Assembly (NCBI GenBank): GCA_951812955.1
Contig: OX638340.1
Location: 2,496,001-2,560,000 of the forward strand
Reading direction: 5' to 3'
DNA: 64,000 nt
DNA from: an uncultured Gemmatimonadota bacterium
GTDB taxonomy: Bacteria > JAAXHH01
Shown here: positions 21,529 to 30,908 of the stretch, piece by piece
Numbering within the stretch: position 1 is the stretch's first letter
Layout of the letters: the number at the start of each line of letters is the position of its first letter
Notes under the pieces: generated by a model
What the model was told of the DNA's origin: nothing
The model's input: the letters and a program-made list of their open reading frames with translations, nothing else
Databases searched by the model: none
Translations under genes and position numbers: made by a program

Positions 21529-21642
21529 ACCTGGTTCTGCCAGAACCGGATTGGCCCGAAACGGCCACGTATTCGCCCCGGTTAATGGTGGCGTATACAC
21601 CCCGCAACGCGGTATAGTCGTGGTTTGGTGGGAAATCTCGTA
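21529..21642 (-). pseudogene. Fragment of an ABC ATPase 5' region (Walker A segment only), directly abutting leader motif copy S2.
   Basis: The reverse-complement frame reads (DFPPNHDYT)ALRGVYATINRGEYVAVSGQSGSG and then terminates. It parallels residues 18-52 of the ATPase at 19077-19769. The motif at 21613-21642 is the same sequence seen upstream of that intact gene. Confidence 0.5.
21613..21642. repeat. Leader motif copy S2.
   Basis: It is identical to S1 except for 3 positions in the central spacer. The upstream 'tataca' homology is also retained, with an 11-bp insertion. Confidence 0.75.
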
Positions 21643-21793
21643 ACAAAAGGCTTTGACAAGGAAAGTGTAAGTGTCGTTCGAATGAAAGAGCATTGTACTG
21701 TGGTCAGGAGGTAATTACTTACCATAGACCCGAACGGCTGAAGCAAATGGTGCTAAGAAACAACCACAATCAGAAGTGTTACTTGCTACTGCC

Positions 21794-24193
21794 TTATTCT
21801 GCTTTGAGTGCATCAGCAGGATTCGCCGTCGCGGCTTTCAGCGCATGGTATCCGACCGTAAACCAAGTGATCGTAAGCGCGGCGAGCCCCGTGAGAATGA
21901 ACATCCACAAACCTATTTCGATACGGTACGGAAAACCTTCCAGCCACCCCTGCATGATGTAGTAACTGATAGGTACGCCAAGAACGAGAGCGATCAGGAT
22001 CAGCCAGGTAAAGTCCTTCGACAACAGCAGGATGACGTTCGAAACCGTCGCACCGACTGCCTTGCGAACGCCGATCTCCCTGGTCCGCTGTTCGGCCATG
22101 TAGGACGCCAGTCCCAACAAGCCCAGACAGGCGATCAGAATGGAAAGCGTCGCTCCGGCGATGAAGACGGACCCCAGCCGTTGTTCGGCGGCGTACTTTT
22201 GCTCGAGATCCTGGTCGAGGAAGTAGAATTCCATGGCGGGATGGTTCGGATAGGTTTCGCGCCACTGGTCCTGCAGTATTTCAAGTCCCTGGGTAAGGCT
22301 CTGGCTGCGCAGCCTGGCTACCATCGTATTGCCACCTTCCCAAAACAGAATCAAAAGCGGTTCAATGCGTTGGTGTAGCGTATGGTAGTGGAAATCCGCC
22401 ATGACGCCGACAACGTGCATTGGAGGATAGTCGGGTGTATGGGTATAGGTAAACGTCTTACCAATCGGGTCTTCCCATCCAAAAGACCTGGCAGCCGTTT
22501 CGTTGATAAGAACTGAGTAGTTGTCCGAAGCGACTGCGCGAGAAAACGTACGTCCCGATATTATCTCGATGCCCATTGTTTCTACGAAGTCGAAACCGGT
22601 CCAGATTGTGGGGATGAGCGGGGTATCCTCCACGATATATCCTTCCGGCTGAATGAAACTGGTAGCAGTTAGTCTGCCGGGCACGCTGGTTGTTGTGCTC
22701 AGGTTTACGATTTCAGGATACTGCATCACCTTGTTCCGGAAGGCCGGGAAACCCTGGACGGTCTCATAATCAGGCAGTCGTATAACTACCACGTGCTCTT
22801 TATCGAATCCCAGTTTCTTGTTTCCGATGTACTCCAGTTGCTCCAGTATAACCAACATTCCGACGATCATGATGATCGAGACGACGAACTGGAAGGTGAT
22901 CAGCGCTTTTCTGATAAGCGACGGTGAAACTCCCGTCTTCAACGCTCCGCTAAGTACGACAGCCGGCCTGAAAGAGGAAAGTACGAGGGCTGGGTATCCT
23001 CCGGCGATAATCCCGGTACAAAGTGCGATGGCCGCCAGGGCCGGCATCAGCCACGTGGATTGATAATCCATCTCCAGTGCCTTTCCCGAAAACCGGCTGA
23101 ACTCGGGCAGGAGCAGGTGTACCAGTGCCAGCGCCACGGCCAGGGCGATGAAGGCGAAGAAAACCGACTCGCCGATGAATTGCCCGATCAACTGGACCCG
23201 CTGGGCGCCCAGCACTTTCCGAATACCGACCTCCTGCGCCCGTCGTGCCGAACGGGCCGTGGATAGGTTCATGAAGTTCACGCAGGCGATCAGCAACATG
23301 AATATAGCCACCGAGGTGAAGATGTAGACATATCGAATGTCGCTGTTCGCTTTTATCTCAAGTTTGAAATTGGAGTGCAGATGGATATCGGTGAGCGGCT
23401 GCAGATAGGGTCTGAATTCCATGCCCAGCGTCTCCAGTCGTTCACCGAGGTGCCTTACCGGAAACTGGGGAAGTTTGTCTTCCAGGTCTTCCGGCGCGTA
23501 TCCCTCTTGAATCAGGAGATAGGTATACAGGGTTCTGTCCATGTTCTGGATCGTGGTCGGCTCGTTGTATATCCCGCTCGCCGAGAGAGTGGAAAACGAA
23601 GCAAGAAAGTCGGCGCGAAAATGCGAGTTCTTTGGCATATCGCGCATGATGCCCGTGACGGTAAACATGTAGATTTCGTCTGCGGAAATCACTTTCCCAA
23701 TCGGGTTCTCATTCCCGAAAATCATCTCCGCCATGGTTTCGGAAACGACAACGGTATGGGGTTTAGTCAGGGCCGTCTGGGGATTGCCCTGAACCAGAGG
23801 GAAGGTGAAAATGTCAAATACGGTTGAATCCGCAAAAATGAAGTATTTCTCCTCATAACTTTTTTCTTCGTAACCAATGAGCCAACTGGAATCCGGCGGC
23901 TTCCACCGGGTGAACTGCTCAATTTCTGGATACTCCTCCTTCAGGACCGGACCCCACGCTGATGGCGTCCTCGCCCATTCGTCCGTTCTGCCTTCCGCGG
24001 TACCAGATACCACTATTCGGTAAATCCGGTCTTTGCGCTCGTGGTGCTGATCGTAACTGAGCTCGTCCTCCACGTAGAGCAGGATCAGAATGCAGGAAGT
24101 CAGACCGATGGCCAGACCCAGGACATTAATCGTGGAATAGCCCCTGTGCCTGAACAGGTGCCTCAAAATGACGGTAACGTAGTTTCTGAACAT
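21794..24193 (-). CDS. MacB-like ABC transporter permease with duplicated FtsX domains and two large extracytoplasmic domains (cassette C).
   Basis: It is 799 aa with an N-terminal TM helix, a large loop, 3 TM, a second large loop and 3 TM. Each half ends with the FtsX-type motif (…ARSARRAQEVGIRKVLGA…, …EQRTREIGVRKAVGAT…). Confidence 0.85.
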   Translation of the reverse strand: MFRNYVTVILRHLFRHRGYSTINVLGLAIGLTSCILILLYVEDELSYDQHHERKDRIYRIVVSGTAEGRTDEWARTPSAWGPVLKEEYPEIEQFTRWKPPDSSWLIGYEEKSYEEKYFIFADSTVFDIFTFPLVQGNPQTALTKPHTVVVSETMAEMIFGNENPIGKVISADEIYMFTVTGIMRDMPKNSHFRADFLASFSTLSASGIYNEPTTIQNMDRTLYTYLLIQEGYAPEDLEDKLPQFPVRHLGERLETLGMEFRPYLQPLTDIHLHSNFKLEIKANSDIRYVYIFTSVAIFMLLIACVNFMNLSTARSARRAQEVGIRKVLGAQRVQLIGQFIGESVFFAFIALAVALALVHLLLPEFSRFSGKALEMDYQSTWLMPALAAIALCTGIIAGGYPALVLSSFRPAVVLSGALKTGVSPSLIRKALITFQFVVSIIMIVGMLVILEQLEYIGNKKLGFDKEHVVVIRLPDYETVQGFPAFRNKVMQYPEIVNLSTTTSVPGRLTATSFIQPEGYIVEDTPLIPTIWTGFDFVETMGIEIISGRTFSRAVASDNYSVLINETAARSFGWEDPIGKTFTYTHTPDYPPMHVVGVMADFHYHTLHQRIEPLLILFWEGGNTMVARLRSQSLTQGLEILQDQWRETYPNHPAMEFYFLDQDLEQKYAAEQRLGSVFIAGATLSILIACLGLLGLASYMAEQRTREIGVRKAVGATVSNVILLLSKDFTWLILIALVLGVPISYYIMQGWLEGFPYRIEIGLWMFILTGLAALTITWFTVGYHALKAATANPADALKAE

Positions 24194-24323
24194 GACGTAT
24201 TATCAGTGCCGATTTATGGACGATCGTAGAGATCGCTTAATAGCGTGCTCGACTATGTTCAGAGTGCTTTCCACGTGCAAAGTGCTTCGGTTTTCGTAAT
24301 CTGGATGCCCCGTCCATCGTCGG

Positions 24324-26198
24324 TCAACCATGTTCAGAGTCCTTCAGCACTTCAATTTTGGTCTGTCCGCTTTCCGTAGCGATTACGACATCGGTATTCC
24401 CATATTCATAGGTTGTCCCTAACGACATTCTAATGTTATTACTCGACCATGCATTGAGAGGCATCAATTCCTTTACCTCTTCATACTTCAGTACACCGCA
24501 ACGGGTATGCATAACCAAGCTGGTAGTTTTCGCTGCTTTTTCGCTTAACGCCAGTATCAGGTTGCCGGAAACGGTACGGAGGTTGCACCTGCCCCTTCGA
24601 ATACCGTCAGTGTAGCACAGCCGAGTGGTGCCATAGCGGTTGAAAATGGAAACATCTCCATTTAGATCACGTGCATCCAACACAGTACGACCGACTTCCA
24701 TATCCACACCGCCACTGATTGACTCGATCTTTCCTTCCCACTGATCTGGGCGTGCTAACATGTCGTGATCCAAGCTGCTTCCCCCACAGCCGTACATACG
24801 CTGATATACCAATCCGCTTACCTGTCGTATTTTGGAGAACTCGCTGTTGAAAAGATAGACATCTCCTGTGATTCCCTGTATATGGCAGGAATAGCAGGAA
24901 TACATTAAAAGTGAACCTTTCAAACCATCCACATTGACCTTATTGGATCTGAAAACCGACATTCTCATCCCGGCGGGAACCGAAATCGACATATGGCAAT
25001 ACGTGGCATGGCCGAATAGATTCGTTTCGTCGGTACAAACAGCTTCGAAAATATCCTCGACATTGCCTGACACGGTCGCTCTCGGCAATTCTATGGGTCG
25101 TACATTCGAAGTGTGAACAGTGATACGTAGTGATTTCCCCAGACTGTTTCCCACAGGTTTCGGCAGGGGCAGAAATCCGTCGACTTCATGCTTCAAATCT
25201 GGAAACATGTCGACCGTTCTTACACCGCCGACATTATCCTCCAGCACGCGGTCATTAATCAGATCACTTCTCCAGAATTTACTGATTGGCGACGTAGCGG
25301 CTACGTAATCAGATCCATAAGGGTTGCTGGTACCAAGAAACAACGCCCCTTCGTGGGGGCCTGTTTCCAGGTAGTTGGCGACCTGGTCATGAGATATATG
25401 AAAGCCGCTGAGGTTGCTTCGCGATTCTTCTTCCGTCAGACCCAACGCGATCTTCGAACCTTCAACAATAACCTGTTTTCCCTGTGCCTGCTTAATATCG
25501 ACCTCCGTATTCACGCCGCAGTAGAGGACAATGTTTTTCGTGTCTCCCATGTCTATGGTTTCACTGAAATCTTCTCTGGCGATCTTGCAGACCACATCCT
25601 GTACTTCATCGGTCACATCGATCTGGCTCATGGCGATGGTCTCCTTTTCCTGAGGCGACAGTGCTGCTCTCAGCCGGATCCGGGACTGGAATAGCCGTCC
25701 TTTCACCGTCGATTCGGGAATGTCCAGAAACGAGGCGATTTCCTTCAGTGAAAAACCGGTGTAGTAGTACAAATTGACGATCTGGCGATAGTGTTCGGGC
25801 AGTCTCTCGACTTCATCCCAAAGCTCGAGACACTCGAGGTATTCCCGATGGATCTGGTCCGCCAGGGGGAATTCGTCGCGCATATGTTCAGCATCCGGAT
25901 CGACTCGGACCAGACGATCAACCTTCTTCCGACGGCGCGATTCCTTGCATCGGTTGACGACGATTCTGTGAAACCAACTACCGAAAACGGCCGGGTCCTT
26001 CAATTGCGACAACTTGCAGTAAGCGGCAACGAATGCATCCTGTACCACGTCCTCCGCGTCTGTTCGATCCCGAAGGAATCCCAGCGCTACGGCGAAAGCG
26101 GCGTTCTGGTACCGCCGGACCAGCGGCTCGAAGGCGTCGGCGTTTCCCTGCAGGCACTGCAGGATGCTGTAAGTGTCGTCGTGTGTTGTTTTCGCCAT
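24324..26198 (-). CDS. ECF sigma-70 family factor fused to a roughly 430-aa cysteine-rich C-terminal domain with DUF4097/beta-solenoid-like periodicity.
   Basis: The N-terminal 180 aa contain sigma region 2 (DAEDVVQDAFVAAYCKLSQL…FHRIVVNRCKE) and region 4 (YYYTGFSLKEIASFLDIPESTVKGRLFQSRIRLR). No TM helix is evident in the remainder. Strands such as TVSGNLILAL, DVSIFNRYGTTRL and DVVIATESGQTKIEV resemble 'toastrack' repeats. Confidence 0.72.
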   Translation of the reverse strand: MAKTTHDDTYSILQCLQGNADAFEPLVRRYQNAAFAVALGFLRDRTDAEDVVQDAFVAAYCKLSQLKDPAVFGSWFHRIVVNRCKESRRRKKVDRLVRVDPDAEHMRDEFPLADQIHREYLECLELWDEVERLPEHYRQIVNLYYYTGFSLKEIASFLDIPESTVKGRLFQSRIRLRAALSPQEKETIAMSQIDVTDEVQDVVCKIAREDFSETIDMGDTKNIVLYCGVNTEVDIKQAQGKQVIVEGSKIALGLTEEESRSNLSGFHISHDQVANYLETGPHEGALFLGTSNPYGSDYVAATSPISKFWRSDLINDRVLEDNVGGVRTVDMFPDLKHEVDGFLPLPKPVGNSLGKSLRITVHTSNVRPIELPRATVSGNVEDIFEAVCTDETNLFGHATYCHMSISVPAGMRMSVFRSNKVNVDGLKGSLLMYSCYSCHIQGITGDVYLFNSEFSKIRQVSGLVYQRMYGCGGSSLDHDMLARPDQWEGKIESISGGVDMEVGRTVLDARDLNGDVSIFNRYGTTRLCYTDGIRRGRCNLRTVSGNLILALSEKAAKTTSLVMHTRCGVLKYEEVKELMPLNAWSSNNIRMSLGTTYEYGNTDVVIATESGQTKIEVLKDSEHG

Positions 26199-26474
26199 AG
26201 GGTAGTTGTCGTCTTAAGGGTTTCGTACAAAATCAGATAATAAGGAAGCGTTACATAGAATAAGATGACCTTGCGGCCTCAACGGTTAAAAACAAAATCG
26301 TGTATATGGTGGCGGTCAGGTCTCGAAGAGTTGAAATACGGCCTATCCCCTCATGGAATGACCTTTCGAGACCGACAACGCAGATTTTGGGGTCGATTCG
26401 TATCGGTAGGTTCAGATTCAAAAGGATGCACGACTCATGACCGGTATCGGAAGCGTATTCAACTTCCTATCACG

Positions 26475-26504
26475 CATAGTCGTGGTTTGGTGGGCAATTT
26501 CGAA
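26475..26504. repeat. Leader motif copy S3, lying between the two ECF-fusion genes.
   Basis: It reads cATAGTCGTGGTTTGGTGGGcAATtTCGaA. The flanking roughly 65 bp, including the GTGCATC pseudo-start, are homologous to the leader of the ATPase at 19077-19769. Confidence 0.7.
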
Positions 26505-26537
26505 CGTACAGTTACCTGCGGGGTTCGAGACTTAAAC

Positions 26538-28412
26538 TCACTTCATCGCGTCGGGGCCATCTGACAACTCGACTTCGGCGGTGCCACTTTCTGTAAGGAG
26601 CAGATAGTCCGCGTGCGTTGTATCATACGTAGTTCCGGCCGTGATGCGATGCCCGTCGTTATATGTCGAATAGAGCCGCATCACGTCCTTTGCCTGACCC
26701 AATTTCAAGACGCCACAACGCGTATACATCACAACGCTGACCGTCTTTGCGAGTCTTTCATCCAGAACCAGCTTTGCCTCGCCAGAGACGGTCCTGAGGT
26801 TACAACGAGTTCCGGATTCCCGGGATGACTGGTACAAGCGGGTTGTACCGAATCGGTTGTAAATGGATACGTCACCCTCCAGGTCCTGCGCGTCCAGCAC
26901 GAAACGGCCGACATCGATATCCACACTGCCCTTTATATTGGATAGTTTTCCTTCCCACACATCCGTGTTGCGTATCATTCCGTCAAGGTAGCTCGCGGCG
27001 CCGTATTCATACATTCGCTGACAGAACACACCGCCTACTTCATGTATATCCGAAAACATGCTGTTGAACAGGTACACATCCTTCGAGATACCGGTTATCT
27101 GGCAGGAATGGCAGGCATACACCATCAAGGAACCGTTCAATCCCTCCGCGTTGATCCGCTTCGCCTTGAACACCGAAATGTTCTTTCCGGCCGGGACCTC
27201 AATAGAAACATGACAGTACGAGGCCGGTCCGAAAACCTTGGAATCATCGGACCAGTAAACCTGGAAAACATCCTTGATGCTTTCCGTCATGGCGGAGTTC
27301 GGTACATGAATCGGCCGTACTTCCATCGTGTGAACCGAAATCCGTATTGATTTGCTCAAGCTCGCACGCGCCGGTTTTGGCAGCGGAGGAAACGTATCGA
27401 TATCGTCTTTAAGATCCGGGTACAGATCGACCAATCTCACCCCGTTACAAACTTCGTCCAGCATCCAGTCGTTCATCAGATCCCGTCTCCAGTGGTCGCT
27501 GATCCGTTTGGTCATAGCTGCGTTTTCGCCACTGGTTGAATCTACACCGACAAAAAGCTCACCTTCATGGGGACCGGCTTTATAGAAATCATCGACCGTA
27601 TCGTGGGAAACGGCAAATCCGCCAAGGTTGAGGGTTGCCTCTTCTTCGCTAAAACCAAGCGCGATCTTCGAACCTCTCACAACAACCTGTTCTCCTTGCG
27701 CCTGCTTAATCTCAACCTCCGTACTCACGCCGCAATAGAGGACGATGTTCTCTACGTCGCCCATGTCGATCGTTTCTACAAAATCCTCCTTGGCGATCCG
27801 GCAGACAACATCCTGGACCTCTTCGGTTACGTCGATCTGGCTCATGGCAATGGTCTCCTTTTCCTGTGGGGACAACGCCTCTCTCAGCCGGATTCTGGAC
27901 TGATAGAGGCGTCCCCGCGCCGTGGATTGCGGAATGTCCAGAAAGGCAGCGATTTCTTTCAGTGAGAAGCCGGTGTAGTAGTACAACGTGACGACCTGGC
28001 GATAAAGTTCCGGGAGCTGCTCGACTTCATCCCAGATTTCGAGACGCTCGATGTATTTTTGATGGATACGATCCGACATAGCGAATTCATCGCGAGATTC
28101 TCCAGAAACCGTATCGACGCGGACTTGACGACCGATTCTGCTTCGTCGGACCAGCTCCTTGCAACGGTTGACAACGATTCGGTGAAACCAACTGCCGAAA
28201 ACGGCCGGGTCCTTCAACTGCGACAGCTTGCAGTAGGCGGCCACAAAAGCATCCTGTACCACGTCCTCCGCGTCTGTTCGATCCCGAAGGTAACCCAGAG
28301 CCACGGCGAAAGCGGCATTCTGGTACCGCCGGACCAGCGGCTCGAAGGCGTTGGCGTTTCCCTGCAGGCACTGGCGGATGTTATAGGTATCGTCGTGTAT
28401 GAGAGTGGTCAT
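26538..28412 (-). CDS. ECF sigma factor / C-terminal beta-solenoid-like domain fusion protein, tandem paralog of 24324-26198.
   Basis: It is the same length (624 aa) and roughly 65-70 percent identical to its neighbour across both the sigma and C-terminal parts. Confidence 0.72.
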   Translation of the reverse strand: MTTLIHDDTYNIRQCLQGNANAFEPLVRRYQNAAFAVALGYLRDRTDAEDVVQDAFVAAYCKLSQLKDPAVFGSWFHRIVVNRCKELVRRSRIGRQVRVDTVSGESRDEFAMSDRIHQKYIERLEIWDEVEQLPELYRQVVTLYYYTGFSLKEIAAFLDIPQSTARGRLYQSRIRLREALSPQEKETIAMSQIDVTEEVQDVVCRIAKEDFVETIDMGDVENIVLYCGVSTEVEIKQAQGEQVVVRGSKIALGFSEEEATLNLGGFAVSHDTVDDFYKAGPHEGELFVGVDSTSGENAAMTKRISDHWRRDLMNDWMLDEVCNGVRLVDLYPDLKDDIDTFPPLPKPARASLSKSIRISVHTMEVRPIHVPNSAMTESIKDVFQVYWSDDSKVFGPASYCHVSIEVPAGKNISVFKAKRINAEGLNGSLMVYACHSCQITGISKDVYLFNSMFSDIHEVGGVFCQRMYEYGAASYLDGMIRNTDVWEGKLSNIKGSVDIDVGRFVLDAQDLEGDVSIYNRFGTTRLYQSSRESGTRCNLRTVSGEAKLVLDERLAKTVSVVMYTRCGVLKLGQAKDVMRLYSTYNDGHRITAGTTYDTTHADYLLLTESGTAEVELSDGPDAMK

Positions 28413-28442
28413 GTTGAATCAAATCGAAGTCTGAATGCAGTT

Positions 28443-29441
28443 TTAGTCGAGATATGCATCAAAAGCCGCCAGCAGTGAAGGATAGTAATCTTCGAAGGTC
28501 ATATCTTGAATATGATGCTGCTCGAAATCCTCAAGTGCTCGAATAAGGGCGGGGAGGTAGTGAAACCCCTTTTCTATATCTCGCACGAGTAAACGATCAC
28601 CGTGTTTTGGACCCGTTTCTCTATGAAACAATCGAGACGTAATGGCGCGTATCAAATGTTCGTTCAAGCATATCTCCCAAGCCCCATAGCCACCCGCCTT
28701 AGCCATTTTATCTAGTATCGGGTCCAACAATGAGGCGTACTTCCCGATGTCAGGGCGATGTCGTTCAGTAACGGGATTAACGAACGAATGGCCGAACTCA
28801 TGCCAGATGAGTTCCAGCAATTCGTCTCTTGTTCCATACACCGGAATACCTTCAACCGATCCGACAGGCCCTATCACGCTGAATATGGACAGCCTGTTAT
28901 CAGGATGTCGGACTCGAGGTCCGATCCCACCGTGTTGAAACAAGGGGCTCAAAACCAGGTTGTAGTCACGATGTCGCATTCCATAGTATTGTTCCAAGAC
29001 GTCGATCAAATTCTCACTGCCCAGTGTTTGAAAAACTGTGTCAATTAAGGATTTGTAGTACGTGGTTTGGCTTTCAAAAAAAGTACCAAAGTCCGATTGG
29101 ATCGCAAAATCACTCAGTAGTTTGTAGAATGTTCGAAACCGGGTTTCGCCTTGAAATGCTCGAATGTAGTATTCGTAGTTTTCGTACGGGAATATAGGTG
29201 TGAGTCCCGGCAGTTCCGACAGCGACAACACCGGACCCAGGTAGGCGTCCGAGTAAGTACCATTCTCTGTGATTTTCCTAAACAGCTTGACTGCCTCATG
29301 CGTTTTGAATGGCGAAAAGTAATCCCGCATGTACTGGGAATACGCCACATCGTACCTGGTTAGTCCTTCATAGTCGCACAGCAACTTTATAGTGATGACA
29401 AGTTCAATTCTGGGATCTACGTCGATGCTCAGCCTGGTCAT
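28443..29441 (-). CDS. Hypothetical HExxH-motif protein (putative zinc-dependent peptidase-like).
   Basis: It has a single HEFGH motif (IWHEFGHSFVNPV) in the C-terminal half. It has no signal peptide and is low-GC. Confidence 0.5.
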   Translation of the reverse strand: MTRLSIDVDPRIELVITIKLLCDYEGLTRYDVAYSQYMRDYFSPFKTHEAVKLFRKITENGTYSDAYLGPVLSLSELPGLTPIFPYENYEYYIRAFQGETRFRTFYKLLSDFAIQSDFGTFFESQTTYYKSLIDTVFQTLGSENLIDVLEQYYGMRHRDYNLVLSPLFQHGGIGPRVRHPDNRLSIFSVIGPVGSVEGIPVYGTRDELLELIWHEFGHSFVNPVTERHRPDIGKYASLLDPILDKMAKAGGYGAWEICLNEHLIRAITSRLFHRETGPKHGDRLLVRDIEKGFHYLPALIRALEDFEQHHIQDMTFEDYYPSLLAAFDAYLD

Positions 29442-29503
29442 CTCTATTTCTCCGTGCTCGGCGAAAGGAGTCGGTATATCTCGACCGAGGATACCGAATG
29501 CAC

Positions 29504-30394
29504 TTACCGTCCGTACCCGCTTTCTTTAAAAAAACGTAGCGCATCGGGGCCGTCCTTTATGGCCAGAATGTCCTCAATAGCCGCCTTTTTATCAGCCCTC
29601 TTCTCGTAGTATGCTTCACATATCTTGTACCCTACGTAGTATCCAAGGTCAGCAGGCCTTGCTCCCGTGCCGCTGCCGCCGTTGTAGAGCCATTTGCTCA
29701 TATCGGTTTGTAACATTTCATTCGAGAACGATTCCCACAATTCAGTTTCGTGCGCCTCTCCATACACGTGCAAATGAGGGTTGATGTGTTTTCCAGTTGC
29801 TAACTCTCCAAGGAAATCGGCAGCACCTTCGAGTATGGAGTGACCCAGTAGTGTGTTTTCTCCAAAATCATAGGCCTGTTGAGTGTGTATAAGTTCGTGG
29901 ATAACGATAAATGGAATCTCTTCTACCGGTTTGAGGACTTCAAGATACCATTCGTTCAGTTCGTCCGAAGGAAGATCGTCCGTCCGGCACCAAATTTCGG
30001 TCCCGATCAGCAGCCCATTGCTCGACGTTGTTCCGCCGGAGGTCATTTTGCCAATCATAAAGTACACATCTGGAAAATCTGCCTTACTGTATAGTTGCTT
30101 CCAGTTGTGCATATACCCACGGATCTGATCGGTCAAATCCAACACACGGTTTGAACTCTCTCTTATAGAAGCGTAATACCTCGGTCGGGCTTCGATTACC
30201 TTGACCAACTCATCCGCACTCTCGATTCTGGATTCGATGAAATCTTTTAAACCGATACTGCCCTTTGCGAAGTACTCCGATTCGAAGATGTTTATCATTT
30301 CTTCTGTAGTCTTGCCTTCTGACAGGTCGTACGCCAGCCAGAAACGATCGATATCGGAAGTAACCAACCGGACGTCGTCGGGATCGTTACTCAT
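29504..30394 (-). CDS. Hypothetical HExxH-motif protein (DUF2268-like putative Zn-dependent protease).
   Basis: It has a HELIHTQ motif followed by GHSILEGAADF, and its length is near 300 aa. The assignment is from memory of the family and was not searched. Confidence 0.5.
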   Translation of the reverse strand: MSNDPDDVRLVTSDIDRFWLAYDLSEGKTTEEMINIFESEYFAKGSIGLKDFIESRIESADELVKVIEARPRYYASIRESSNRVLDLTDQIRGYMHNWKQLYSKADFPDVYFMIGKMTSGGTTSSNGLLIGTEIWCRTDDLPSDELNEWYLEVLKPVEEIPFIVIHELIHTQQAYDFGENTLLGHSILEGAADFLGELATGKHINPHLHVYGEAHETELWESFSNEMLQTDMSKWLYNGGSGTGARPADLGYYVGYKICEAYYEKRADKKAAIEDILAIKDGPDALRFFKESGYGR

Positions 30395-30908
30395 TGAGGA
30401 AAACCTCCCTGTTTGCTGAGCATAGGCTATTGCGAAACTCGTACCAGCAGAAATACCAACAAAGGACCATGCACGTCTCGAATCTCGTTGAGTTCATAAC
30501 AGACATGATCATGGGTCTAGTTTTCCTTTGCCAGTCTGCACCCTGTGAAGAAGTCTGAATCGGTCGACCGTATGTTGACCGTACATGGTTTACAGGTGTT
30601 GATTGCCCGATGAGGGACATAACCCTCTGATAGTTTAGACGCTTCAGTACTCCAATTGATCAAAATCGAATTTGTTGGTTCTGTGAATTTGCAAATGAGA
30701 AGTCCACACACGATCATAAGAGGGACATTTACACATCGTACGTTTTGTCCTCAATTTCGTGGTCTGGTTGTTCACTGTATACACCCCACCGCATCATTGA
30801 CACCGGCACCGATTCCCTTATATTCTATATATAGGTATTACTACATATAAAAAGGATCACGAGAGCAGGCTGAATACCATTAGCATTTCAAACTGAACAG
30901 GAGTAGTC

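Noticed and set aside
19850-30900. Looked for integrase, transposase, tRNA or terminal inverted repeats that would define the low-GC blocks as classic genomic islands or IS elements.
   Set aside because: None were recognised in either block. The only tRNAs are inside the rRNA spacer, which is far from the block edges. The blocks are therefore reported only as compositionally atypical regions.
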